From the NCBI GenBank assembly GCA_051006515.1, contig JBPCTD010000082.1, positions 502-64,501 of the forward strand: a DNA stretch of 64,000 nt. Direction: 5' to 3'. The notes below the pieces were generated by a model. The model worked only from the letters and a program-made list of their open reading frames with translations. It was not told where the DNA came from and ran no database searches. This document shows positions 46,297-55,969 of this stretch, piece after piece (position 1 is the first letter of the stretch; each line of letters starts with the position of its first letter). This stretch comes from Candidatus Nanopelagicaceae bacterium (lineage in GTDB: Bacteria > Actinomycetota > Actinomycetes > Nanopelagicales > Nanopelagicaceae). Position numbers and translations under genes: made by a program.

Positions 46297-47475
46297 CTAC
46301 TTGATGACGCTGCGATAAAGGTTAATTGTCTGCTCTGCTACTTTGTGCCAGCCAAATTCACTTGCAGCTCTGGCTCTTCCTTTTATACCCATTTCTTTCA
46401 GCAATTCAGGCTCTGACATGAGATTTGAAATCGCTTCTGCAAAATTACTTTCAAATTCTTGTGGATCATTGGGGTGATAATCAATTAAACGGCCAGTTAC
46501 ACCATCGGAGACAACTTCCGGAATTCCACCAACTTTAGATGCAAGCACGGCAGTTTCGCAGCCCATTGCTTCCAAATTCACGATTCCGAGTGGTTCATAA
46601 ATTGACGGACAGAGAAATAAATCAGCTCCTGTAAGAAGCGCTGTAAGTTCGTCATGTGGTGCCATCTCTTTAATCCACCAGATATTGTTACGCGTACGTT
46701 GCAGTTCAGAAATTAATTCTGCAACTTCGTTGCCAATCCCTGCTTCATCTGGTGAACCTGCGGCAAGAACCAAGCCATATTCTTTTGGCACTCGTTGCCA
46801 AGCGCGCAGTAGATGCGCCAGGCCTTTCTGCCTGGTGATGCGCCCTACAAAAATTGCATAACGACCAGTAATTCCATACTTTGCTTGCGCATCTTTTTTA
46901 TGGTTTGGTGCAAATTTATCGACATCAACGCCATTCCGTATTGTGACTATCTTCTTGGGATCAACGTTTGGATAGGCTTTTATGACATCACTTCGCATAC
47001 CATCGGAAACAGCAATAATTGCATCTGCAGATTCGTATGCACTTTTTTCAACTGCGGAAGAGATTTCATAACCAACACCTAACTGCTCCGCTTTCCAAGG
47101 GCGAAGCGGTTCAAGTGAGTGAGCCGTGACAATATGTGGACTTCCGTAAACGAGTTTTGAGACAAATCCTGCGAAGTTCGCGTACCAAGTATGCGAATGA
47201 ATAACATCAACACCTTTGAGTTGATCCATGATTGTTAAGTCAGTGGCTAAAGCTTGGATAGCAGGGTTTGAATTTTCAAAGCCAGATGGAGTTTGGTAAC
47301 CGAAGGCATCGGATCTAGCGCCACCAAAACAATGTACTGCTACATCAATTCCTGGAAACTCCCGAAGCGCTTTTGTTAATTGAAGTGCATGAACACCCGC
47401 ACCGCCATAAATCTGCGGTGGCCACTCTTTGGTAATTAGAGCGATTTGCAATGCATTTGCTCTATCAGAGGCCAT
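46297..47475 (-). CDS. glgA: GT4-type glycogen synthase / alpha-maltose-1-phosphate synthase (GlgA/GlgM-like)
   Basis: EWPPQIYGGAGVH N-terminus and a GT-B C-terminal E...E motif region. It is divergent from glgC, as in mycobacteria (Rv1212c/Rv1213). Confidence 0.75.
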   Translation of the reverse strand: MASDRANALQIALITKEWPPQIYGGAGVHALQLTKALREFPGIDVAVHCFGGARSDAFGYQTPSGFENSNPAIQALATDLTIMDQLKGVDVIHSHTWYANFAGFVSKLVYGSPHIVTAHSLEPLRPWKAEQLGVGYEISSAVEKSAYESADAIIAVSDGMRSDVIKAYPNVDPKKIVTIRNGVDVDKFAPNHKKDAQAKYGITGRYAIFVGRITRQKGLAHLLRAWQRVPKEYGLVLAAGSPDEAGIGNEVAELISELQRTRNNIWWIKEMAPHDELTALLTGADLFLCPSIYEPLGIVNLEAMGCETAVLASKVGGIPEVVSDGVTGRLIDYHPNDPQEFESNFAEAISNLMSEPELLKEMGIKGRARAASEFGWHKVAEQTINLYRSVIK

Positions 47476-47536
47476 GACTGAACTTTAATTTTAAAAACCC
47501 TATCGCGCCAGCAGCGACCTAGATAGACTTTCGTAC

Positions 47537-48760
47537 ATGGCATTTCGCGATATTCCACTCGGAATCGTCCTGGCAGGTGGCGAAGGTAAGAGATTGATGC
47601 CTTTGACTGCTGATCGCGCAAAACCTGCAGTCCCATTTGGTGGCTCATATAGATTGATTGATTTTGTTCTTTCAAATTTGGTAAATGCAGACTTTAGAAA
47701 AATTGCAGTTTTAACTCAATACAAGTCGCACTCTTTAGATAGACATATAACTACGACTTGGCGTATGTCTACTTTGCTCGGAAATTATGTAACGCCAGTA
47801 CCCGCACAACAGAGATTGGGACCGCGTTGGTATACCGGAAGCGCCGACGCAATTTTGCAGAATTTCAATTTAATTCAAGATGAGAATCCAAAAGATGTCC
47901 TAGTTTTCGGCGCTGATCACGTCTATCGCATGGATCCGATGCAGATGTTTGAACAACATAGAAATACCAATGCAGGAATCACGATAGCTGCAATCCGGAT
48001 ACCTAGGGCGGAAGCATCCGAATTTGGCTGCATCGAACTGGCAGAAGACGGCATCACTATAAAAGCTTTTCATGAAAAGCCAACAAATCCGCCGGCAATG
48101 CCTGGCTACCCAGATCTCACTTTAGTTTCGATGGGTAATTACATTTTCCGTAGAGATGTAATGGAAGAAGCCTTAATTCTTGATTCAGAATATCTAGAAT
48201 CACGTCACTATATCGGTGGAAATATCATTCCGATGTTAACGGCACAAGGCCAAGCAAAAGTTTATGACTTTGCAAATAATGTTGTTCCCGGAGAGACCCA
48301 ACGTGATAAGGGTTATTGGCGTGATGTGGGTTCAATCGATGCATATTTTGATGCACACATGGATTTAGTATCTGTTCATCCAATATTCAACTTATATAAC
48401 CGCGATTGGCCGCTTTTAACCAATCCACCTTCATTGCCACCCGCAAAATTCTCTGAAGGTGGCATTGCACAAGATTCAATTGTGGCAGCAGGCTCAATTA
48501 TTTCGGGCGGACATTTAAGTCGTACTGTGACTGGATATGACGTAGTTGTCGGAAGCGGTGCATATGTTGATCATGCAGTATTGATGCCTAGCGTTCGAGT
48601 TGGCGATAGGGCAGTCATACGCAGAGCAATCATCGATAAAGGTGTGGTCATTGAAAATGGCGCTCAGATTGGCGTAGATCTCGAGCGTGACCGGCAAAGA
48701 TTCACAGTCACTGAAAGTGGCATTGTTGTCGTTGGAAAAGGTGTTCGCGTTACTGCTTAG
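47537..48760 (+). CDS. glgC: glucose-1-phosphate adenylyltransferase
   Basis: [32 protein letters not shown] plus a C-terminal left-handed beta-helix. Confidence 0.92.
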   Translation: MAFRDIPLGIVLAGGEGKRLMPLTADRAKPAVPFGGSYRLIDFVLSNLVNADFRKIAVLTQYKSHSLDRHITTTWRMSTLLGNYVTPVPAQQRLGPRWYTGSADAILQNFNLIQDENPKDVLVFGADHVYRMDPMQMFEQHRNTNAGITIAAIRIPRAEASEFGCIELAEDGITIKAFHEKPTNPPAMPGYPDLTLVSMGNYIFRRDVMEEALILDSEYLESRHYIGGNIIPMLTAQGQAKVYDFANNVVPGETQRDKGYWRDVGSIDAYFDAHMDLVSVHPIFNLYNRDWPLLTNPPSLPPAKFSEGGIAQDSIVAAGSIISGGHLSRTVTGYDVVVGSGAYVDHAVLMPSVRVGDRAVIRRAIIDKGVVIENGAQIGVDLERDRQRFTVTESGIVVVGKGVRVTA

Positions 48761-50163
48761 AAGTTAACAGTCTTTGCTACTAGATCTTGGTAGCGCTTGA
48801 AAACTTCAGGCGTTGCTTTTTCTTCTACCTCTGCAACGTTACTAATTTTCCAATTAGGTATTTCCCCAGTAAGTGCCCAAGCTGCTTGCCTTGCAGCTCC
48901 GTTAGCCACATATTCACCAGGCGGTGGTAATAGAACTTTGCGGCCAAATATTTGCGATGCAATTTTTGAAACTGCTGGGTTCTTGGCAGCGCCACCAATT
49001 AACAACACTCGATTAACTGTGACCCCAAGTTGCTCTAAAGAAGAAACGGCATCGGCCAAACCGCAGATCATTCCTTCGATGTAAGCGCGGGCGATGTTTG
49101 CCGGATCAGAGTTCTTAAGTGATAAACCAGTTAAAGTGCCGCGAGCATTTGGACGGTTTGGAGTTCGCTCTCCTTCAAAGTAGGGGAGCAATGTCAGTCC
49201 ATTTGCACCAGCTGCTGCACTTAACGCAAGTTCTGCAAGTTTTTGATGATCTACATTCAATAAATTACATGCAGCATCCAAAATTCGCGCCGCATTAAGT
49301 GTGCAGACCAATGGCAAGTATTTTCCGGTGGCATCAGCAAATCCTGCAACTTGACCAGAAGCATCATGAGTTGAAGTTTCACTAACGGCAAATGCGGTTC
49401 CTGATGTACCTAGCGAAACGACAACATCACCCGCCTGTGCAGATACACCCAAAGCAGCACCAGCATTATCTCCGGCACCTGGTGCAATCGCGATACCGTT
49501 GAATTCGCCACCAATTTCATTTGGCTTCAAAACTTTGGGAAGCCATGCATCTGCTCCACGCAGAGCAATCTGGAGAAAATCACGTCGATATTCATTGCTC
49601 TTAGAGTCAAAATATCCAGTGCCGCTAGCATCACTTCTATCAGTAAATAATGTATTGATATCTTTACTGCCAGATAATTTCCAGGATAGATAATCATGTG
49701 GAAGGCAAACTGCAGCAATCTTTTTAGCGTTCTCGCTTTCATTATCTGCGATCCAACGCAATTTTGTTGCGGTAAATGAAGCCACCAAAGAAGAACCAAC
49801 CGCTTCAGCAGTTACTTTGGCGCCACCAAATTCTTCATTTAAATCTATCGCCTCTTTGGCAGAACGAGTGTCATTCCAAAGCAACGCTTTACGCACTGAG
49901 TTTCCAGTTTCATCAAGAACGACCGCGCCGTGCTGTTGACCGCCTACGGAGATCGCCTTTATTTGATCTAGGGAATTAATTTGAGAAATTGCTTGAGTTA
50001 AGGCTTGATACCAATCATTTGGATCACATTCAGTACCGTCAGGATGCGAGCCTTTAACTTCCTGAATTAACTCACCGGTCTCAAGATTTCGCACCACAAT
50101 TTTTACTGATTGGGTAGAAGAGTCAACGCCTGCAATCAAAGGAGCTCCATGCTGCACGCTCAA
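48757..50163 (-). CDS. xylB: FGGY-family carbohydrate kinase, xylulokinase-like
   Basis: [13 protein letters not shown]-terminus and FGGY C-terminal motifs. A TTG at 50163 preceded by AAGGAG is preferred over the ORF-track ATG at 50262. Confidence 0.75.
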   Translation of the reverse strand: MSVQHGAPLIAGVDSSTQSVKIVVRNLETGELIQEVKGSHPDGTECDPNDWYQALTQAISQINSLDQIKAISVGGQQHGAVVLDETGNSVRKALLWNDTRSAKEAIDLNEEFGGAKVTAEAVGSSLVASFTATKLRWIADNESENAKKIAAVCLPHDYLSWKLSGSKDINTLFTDRSDASGTGYFDSKSNEYRRDFLQIALRGADAWLPKVLKPNEIGGEFNGIAIAPGAGDNAGAALGVSAQAGDVVVSLGTSGTAFAVSETSTHDASGQVAGFADATGKYLPLVCTLNAARILDAACNLLNVDHQKLAELALSAAAGANGLTLLPYFEGERTPNRPNARGTLTGLSLKNSDPANIARAYIEGMICGLADAVSSLEQLGVTVNRVLLIGGAAKNPAVSKIASQIFGRKVLLPPPGEYVANGAARQAAWALTGEIPNWKISNVAEVEEKATPEVFKRYQDLVAKTVNF

Positions 50164-50297
50164 AAATTGCTCCTTCCAGCTAGTTATCTTGAGAACTACC
50201 TCTCGATAGTGGTGAATTGATGTGGCTAAGGCTAGACTGCCTCCGTCAACGTTGACCATCATAAATCATCTTAAAATTTATTTTATTTGGAGTTTTT

Positions 50298-51323
50298 ATG
50301 CGTATTGGTGTGCTCACTGGCGGCGGCGATTGCCCAGGTTTGAATGCAGTAATCAGAGCGGTGGTCCGCAAAGGCGTTAAAGAGTATGGACATGAGTTTG
50401 TAGGTTTTCGTGATGGTTGGCGTGGACCTTTAGAGGGCAGCACCATGGAACTCAATATCCAAACAACTCGAGGCATTTTGCCTCGCGGTGGAACAATTCT
50501 TGGATCTTCTAGAACCAATCCATTCAAAATTGAAAATGGCGTTGAACGCATCAAAGAGAATTTAGAGAAGATGGGCATTGATGCCTTAATCGCAATAGGT
50601 GGCGAAGATACTCTTGGTGTTGCAACAAAACTTGATGCACTTGGCGTGAAAGTAATTGGCGTGCCAAAAACTATTGATAATGACTTGAACAACACTGATT
50701 ACACATTTGGTTTTGATACTTCAGTAAATATCGCTATGGAGGCAATTGATCGCCTCCACACAACGGCAGAATCTCATCACCGTGCATTGATTGTAGAAGT
50801 TATGGGTCGCCATGCAGGTTGGATCGCACTGCATTCCGGAATTGCTGGTGGCGCTGCATGTATTCTGATTCCAGAAGTTAAGTTTTCAGTTGACAAGGTC
50901 TGCGAATGGGTTGAATCAAGATTTAAGCAATCTTATGCGCCAATTATCGTGGTGGCCGAAGGCGCTATCCCGCAAGATGGAGACATCGTCACTAAAGATC
51001 AATCACTTGATTCATTTGGTCACGTGAAATTATCTGGAATCGGAGATTGGCTAGCAAAGCAGATCGAAGAGCGCACCGGAAAAGAAGCGCGTACTTCAGT
51101 ACTTGGCCACATTCAAAGAGGCGGCACTCCAACTGCTTTCGATCGAGTCTTGGCTACACGTTTTGGTCTTCATGCAATCACGGCTGCTTCTGAAGGAGAT
51201 TGGGGCAAGATGGTTGCGTTACATGGAACAAATATTGTGCGCGTTCCGCTGGAGTCCGCAACAGGCGTATTGAAGACCGTTAATCCTGAGCTCTACAAAG
51301 AGGCGGAAATCTTCTTCGGCTAA
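50298..51323 (+). CDS. pfkA: 6-phosphofructokinase (ATP- or PPi-dependent)
   Basis: GGGDCPGLNAVIRA, GGEDTLGVA, PKTIDNDL and MGRHAGW. Confidence 0.9.
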   Translation: MRIGVLTGGGDCPGLNAVIRAVVRKGVKEYGHEFVGFRDGWRGPLEGSTMELNIQTTRGILPRGGTILGSSRTNPFKIENGVERIKENLEKMGIDALIAIGGEDTLGVATKLDALGVKVIGVPKTIDNDLNNTDYTFGFDTSVNIAMEAIDRLHTTAESHHRALIVEVMGRHAGWIALHSGIAGGAACILIPEVKFSVDKVCEWVESRFKQSYAPIIVVAEGAIPQDGDIVTKDQSLDSFGHVKLSGIGDWLAKQIEERTGKEARTSVLGHIQRGGTPTAFDRVLATRFGLHAITAASEGDWGKMVALHGTNIVRVPLESATGVLKTVNPELYKEAEIFFG

Positions 51324-51387
51324 TCTCGCTAAAAGCAGCGAAATTATTACCCAACTAGAAGCACTGCTATTTAAGTAGAATTGCGAG

Positions 51388-52719
51388 ATGACCAACTTGG
51401 AAAAACTCTTTGACGCTTCGTTAGTGGCAGCGCAACAGCCAAAGTGGCCAGAAGCTGAATTAAGCGAAGCCATCAAAGAGTTAAAGAGTTTTCCACCTCT
51501 AGTTTTTGCCGGAGAATGTGATGATCTAAAGTCGAGCATCGCACTTGCCGCAGAAGGTAAAGCATTTTGGTTGCAAGGTGGAGATTGTGCCGAAACTTTT
51601 GTAGCAGCAACTGCGGATTCGATAAGAGATCGAATTAAAACAATTTTGCAGATGGCCGCAATCTTGCAGTATCACTCCTCGTTGCCAGTTATTAAAGTAG
51701 GCAGAATGGCTGGCCAGTTTGCAAAGCCGCGTTCAAGCGATACTGAAACTCGTGACGGAGTAACTCTTCCGGCATATCGTGGTGATGCGGTAAATGATTT
51801 GGAATTTACAGAATCAGCACGTCGCCCAGATCCAAAGAGATTGGTTCGGGTTTACAACACTTCAGCTGCAACTTTGAACTTAGTTCGTGCTTTTACTCAA
51901 GGTGGCTTTGCTGATCTTAGAAAAGTGCATGATTGGAATAAGGGTTTTGTTAAAGATACGCCTTATGCAGCAAAGTATGAAGCGCTAGCTACTGAAATCG
52001 GAAGAGCGCTGGATTTTATGCGCTCAGCTGGTGTTGACCCTGAAGAGTTTAAGACTGTTGAATTTTATTCAAGCCATGAAGCACTAATTTTGGAGTACGA
52101 AAAAGCACTAACCAGAATCGATTCACGTACTGGTTCTCCTTATGATGTTTCCGGTCATTTCATTTGGATTGGCGAACGTACTAGACAGTTGGATGGTGCG
52201 CATATTGATTTCGCTGCCAAAGTCCGAAATCCAATCGGAGTAAAACTTGGACCTAAAACGACAGTCGAAGAAGCACTTAAGTTAATAGATACGTTAGACC
52301 CAGATCGTGAACCAGGCAGGCTAACTTTTATTACTCGCATGGGTGCTGGAAAAATTCGAGAAGTTTTACCTTCATTGGTAGAAGGCGTAACCAAATCTGG
52401 AGCTAAAGTTTTATGGGTCTGCGATCCTATGCATGGCAATACTTTTGAATCATCTACCGGCTATAAAACACGTCAATTTGAAGATGTAATGGATGAGGTT
52501 AAAGGTTTCTTCGAAGTACACAAGGCCCTTGGCACTCATCCAGGTGGCGTCCACATTGAGTTAACCGGTGATGATGTGACGGAGTGTTTAGGCGGCGGGG
52601 CAAAGATCTCTGCTGAAGATTTAGCTACTCGCTACGAAACTGCCTGTGATCCAAGGTTAAACCACACCCAATCGCTGGAGCTTGCTTTCTTGGTCGCTGA
52701 AATGTTGCGCGATCGATAA
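51388..52719 (+). CDS. class II 3-deoxy-7-phosphoheptulonate (DAHP) synthase
   Basis: 443-aa plant/actinobacterial-type AroAII (GRMAGQFAKPRS, WIGERTRQ, CDPMHGN). Confidence 0.88.
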   Translation: MTNLEKLFDASLVAAQQPKWPEAELSEAIKELKSFPPLVFAGECDDLKSSIALAAEGKAFWLQGGDCAETFVAATADSIRDRIKTILQMAAILQYHSSLPVIKVGRMAGQFAKPRSSDTETRDGVTLPAYRGDAVNDLEFTESARRPDPKRLVRVYNTSAATLNLVRAFTQGGFADLRKVHDWNKGFVKDTPYAAKYEALATEIGRALDFMRSAGVDPEEFKTVEFYSSHEALILEYEKALTRIDSRTGSPYDVSGHFIWIGERTRQLDGAHIDFAAKVRNPIGVKLGPKTTVEEALKLIDTLDPDREPGRLTFITRMGAGKIREVLPSLVEGVTKSGAKVLWVCDPMHGNTFESSTGYKTRQFEDVMDEVKGFFEVHKALGTHPGGVHIELTGDDVTECLGGGAKISAEDLATRYETACDPRLNHTQSLELAFLVAEMLRDR

Positions 52720-52722
52720 ATC

Positions 52723-53211
52723 ATGGCGCTTTTAGCAAGCAATTTAACTACACCAATAGGTACTTTAAATTTGATTTCAGATGGCTCGCTTTTATTGGCC
52801 GCAAATTTAAGTAATATGAAAGCGGCTAAGGCTTCGCTTCATGCAGATTATGCGGATTTTAAAATTGAACAAGTTAAAAAGTTGCCAATAATTACTGAAC
52901 TTCTTAAAGACTATTTCGACGGCGACGTCAGCGCTATAAATGGTATAAAAGTTTTGCAACCAGGTGGCGCATTTTCGCAGAACGCATGGAAAGCGATGCG
53001 TAAAGTTAAAGGCACTATCTCATATTCAGAGTTAGCTGATCGTGCAGGTTCTTCTGCTGCAGTTCGGGCTGCCGGCAGCGCTTGCGCAAAGAATGCAATA
53101 GTTTTGGTTGTACCTTGCCATCGAATTGTTAAGACAGGTGGCAGTTTAGGTAATTATGCCTACGGTTTAGCTAAAAAAGAGTGGCTATTACGCCACGAGG
53201 GTGCGCTTTAA
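52723..53211 (+). CDS. ogt: methylated-DNA--protein-cysteine methyltransferase
   Basis: PCHRIV active site preceded by a helix-turn-helix region. Confidence 0.85.
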   Translation: MALLASNLTTPIGTLNLISDGSLLLAANLSNMKAAKASLHADYADFKIEQVKKLPIITELLKDYFDGDVSAINGIKVLQPGGAFSQNAWKAMRKVKGTISYSELADRAGSSAAVRAAGSACAKNAIVLVVPCHRIVKTGGSLGNYAYGLAKKEWLLRHEGAL

Positions 53212-54195
53212 AACTTCACAAGCTTGTTTGATATCGGCATCACTTAAATCCATATGTGTAACAAAGCGAACAAAGTCAACGCCTAATGCACCAGCCAAGA
53301 TGCCGTGAGCTTTTAGAATTTCAACATACTCTGCCGCGTGGAAAGGATACTTAGAAACATCTAGCGCCACGATATTGGTATCAGGTGCTGGCTGTCCGCA
53401 CGCCGCTGCAATCAATTTTGCATTTTCATGGTCATGTTGCAAACGAGTTAAATTATTATCGATTGCATAATCTGCCGCAGCTGCAAGTAAACCAATTTGG
53501 CGCATGCCTGCGCCATAACGTTTGCGCCAAATGCGTGCCTCTTGGATGCGTTCTTTGTCCGATAGCAACATCGAACCTATAGGGGCACCTAAACCTTTAG
53601 AAAAGCAGACTGAGATGGTATCGAAATATTTTCCAAATTCATTAAATGGTGTACCGCTTGCAATATGAGAATTCCAGATTCGCGCGCCATCTAAATGCAT
53701 AGTCAATCCAAGAGCTTTAGCGCCTTCACTTAATTTACGAATCTCATCGATGCTCTGCACTGTTCCGCCGCCGAAATTATGGGTATCTTCAACTGCAATT
53801 GCTTTGGTTGAAACCAAATAAGGACCAGCATCTGGATGTGCAAGTTTTAACGGAACTGATGCAATCAATTTACCGTGAACTGATAACCAAGTGCGGGTAG
53901 TGATGCCACTAAACGCGGCAGCGGCGCCGAGTTCAGCTCGTGCAATATGAGCTGTTTGATCCAGTATCAATTCTTCGCCCGGCTTAACTAATAATCTAAT
54001 TCCCAATTGATTTGATAACGAGCCAGTTGGTGTAAAAAGTCCCGCCTCTTTTCCGAATAAAGCGGCAACCTTAGCTTCTAAAGCGTTAACCGTTGGGTCA
54101 TCTCCGTAGACATCATCGCCAACTGCTGCATTGCTCATGGCAGTAAGCATCGCTTTAGAGGGTTTAGTTACGGTATCGGAGCGAAGATCTATCAT
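53188..54195 (-). CDS. ltaE: low-specificity L-threonine aldolase (beta-eliminating lyase family)
   Basis: DLRSDTVTKP N-terminus and a PLP Lys region CFSKGLGAP. Confidence 0.85.
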   Translation of the reverse strand: MIDLRSDTVTKPSKAMLTAMSNAAVGDDVYGDDPTVNALEAKVAALFGKEAGLFTPTGSLSNQLGIRLLVKPGEELILDQTAHIARAELGAAAAFSGITTRTWLSVHGKLIASVPLKLAHPDAGPYLVSTKAIAVEDTHNFGGGTVQSIDEIRKLSEGAKALGLTMHLDGARIWNSHIASGTPFNEFGKYFDTISVCFSKGLGAPIGSMLLSDKERIQEARIWRKRYGAGMRQIGLLAAAADYAIDNNLTRLQHDHENAKLIAAACGQPAPDTNIVALDVSKYPFHAAEYVEILKAHGILAGALGVDFVRFVTHMDLSDADIKQACEVLKRTLVA

Positions 54196-54198
54196 TTT

Positions 54199-55077
54199 TT
54201 ATTGCTGCCTTGAATCTTTAGGTGTTGGCAATTTAGTACCTTCATGAAAGACAATGACATACATAGAGATTACAACCAAGGTGCCGCCAAATAAAGTGCG
54301 AAGTGATAGCACTTCGCCTCCGATAGTTACTGCAAAGAGCGCTGCGAAGACCACTTCCATGGTCATGATGACCGCTGCCTTTGTTGAATTGATTATCGCT
54401 TGAGACCAAGTTTGAATGATGAAAGCGGTAACTGTGCTCACGATTGCGGTAAAGAGAATAACTGCCCAAACTTCTGTGTCAGGTGGAGTTTCAAACCCTT
54501 CAATTAATGAGGCGACGCCAGTCATAATCGCCACCACGGTTATTTGAATCCAAGCCATAGTCCAAAGATCGCGACCATTACTCCATTTACTTAAACCAAT
54601 AATTTGGCCGGTATAACAGAGCGCGCTGATCAAAACTAGCATCTCACCAAGGCCAACCGAGAATCCTTTAAGGGAAAGTAAAGCCAATCCAACTGTTGCA
54701 ATGGAAATTGAAACCCAAACTCGATTTCCAAGTTTCTGGCCACCAAAGAATTGTTCAAAAAGTGGAGTAGCTACAACATATAAACCAGTGATAAATCCGG
54801 TAATTGCTGCGCCAGTCATTGTTAATCCATAAGTTTGCAGAATAAAACCTGCACCTAAGAAAATTCCAGTAATGCCACCATGTTTCAAAATATCGCCATC
54901 AAGTTTGCGAAGAATTTGCGGGTGGACAATCAAAAGCACAATTGCAGCCATAGCAAATCGGTAGAAAAGAAAGCTATTTACTGATTGCCTTTCGAGTACA
55001 TCCTTCATAAAAACGAAAGAAGCTCCCCAAGCCATTGCAACTAGGAGTAAGAGAAAAGATGCGATGCGTTGCTTCAT
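54199..55077 (-). CDS. EamA/DMT-family transporter
   Basis: Ten hydrophobic segments in two EamA-like halves. Confidence 0.7.
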   Translation of the reverse strand: MKQRIASFLLLLVAMAWGASFVFMKDVLERQSVNSFLFYRFAMAAIVLLIVHPQILRKLDGDILKHGGITGIFLGAGFILQTYGLTMTGAAITGFITGLYVVATPLFEQFFGGQKLGNRVWVSISIATVGLALLSLKGFSVGLGEMLVLISALCYTGQIIGLSKWSNGRDLWTMAWIQITVVAIMTGVASLIEGFETPPDTEVWAVILFTAIVSTVTAFIIQTWSQAIINSTKAAVIMTMEVVFAALFAVTIGGEVLSLRTLFGGTLVVISMYVIVFHEGTKLPTPKDSRQQ

Positions 55078-55964
55078 CCGCGCAACTTCTTAAGTAGCGC
55101 GACTTCTTTGCCATGTTCTGGCTCTTCGCCAGGGGTCTCTAGAATTAACGGTGCATTTGCGATTGCTGGATGTTTTAACATTTCTTTAAATGGGTCAATA
55201 CCAATATGGCCGTCACCTAAATTTTGGTGGCGATCTTTAAGCGCACCACAAACATCCATTGAATCGTTTGCATGAACAAGTTGAAAACGTTCGGCGCCTG
55301 CAATTTGTACTAAGAGATCCAAAGTTTCGGTCATGCCGCCTTTCTTTGAAATGTCATGACCGGCAGCAAATACATGGCAGGTATCAAGACAGATACCGAC
55401 TTTTGGGTGATACTCCAGCGCTTTTAAATAATTTTCTAAATCATCTAACTTCTTAACTAATGATTGCCCTTGCCCTGCAGTTGGTTCTAAAAGTAAGGAA
55501 GGGGAATCATCAGAGAGCGCTTCAAGAATTGGCATCATGCCATCATGTATCTGTTTCCATGCATTTGCTACATGAGATTCATCTACAGCAGATCCGGTAT
55601 GTATAACTACGCCAAGCGCACCAATATCTTTGCCACGACGTAGCGAATACTCAGTAGAGGCAAGTGAATTTTTATATGTAGCTTCAGTCGGCGAACCTAG
55701 ATTAATTAGAAAAGGCGCATGCACATAGGTGGTGATATCCATAGCTTGCGCTTTGCTACGAAACTCTTCATCTGCCTTTGGGTTTGGCTCAGGCATCGCC
55801 CAACCGCGCGGATTTGATGCAAAGACTTGAATGGTTTCTGCCTTGATTGTTTCTGCGTAACCAAGAGATCTCTTTGCCATTCCACCGGAAGTGGGAGTAT
55901 GCGCCCCAATTCTAGGCAATTTTCCGGGTAATTTTTCCGATGACTTCGCTGCAGCTTTAGGCAT
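55074..55964 (-). CDS. nfo: deoxyribonuclease IV (endonuclease IV)
   Basis: AP endonuclease family 2 motifs (IGAH, HAPFLINL, CLDTCH, HANDS). Confidence 0.88.
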   Translation of the reverse strand: MPKAAAKSSEKLPGKLPRIGAHTPTSGGMAKRSLGYAETIKAETIQVFASNPRGWAMPEPNPKADEEFRSKAQAMDITTYVHAPFLINLGSPTEATYKNSLASTEYSLRRGKDIGALGVVIHTGSAVDESHVANAWKQIHDGMMPILEALSDDSPSLLLEPTAGQGQSLVKKLDDLENYLKALEYHPKVGICLDTCHVFAAGHDISKKGGMTETLDLLVQIAGAERFQLVHANDSMDVCGALKDRHQNLGDGHIGIDPFKEMLKHPAIANAPLILETPGEEPEHGKEVALLKKLRG

Positions 55965-55969
55965 ATGCC

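Noticed and set aside
50246-50695. 149-aa minus-strand ORF overlapping the pfkA 5' region
   Set aside because: It is a shadow ORF opposite a canonical PfkA N-terminus. Its Pro/Ser-rich translation has no motifs.
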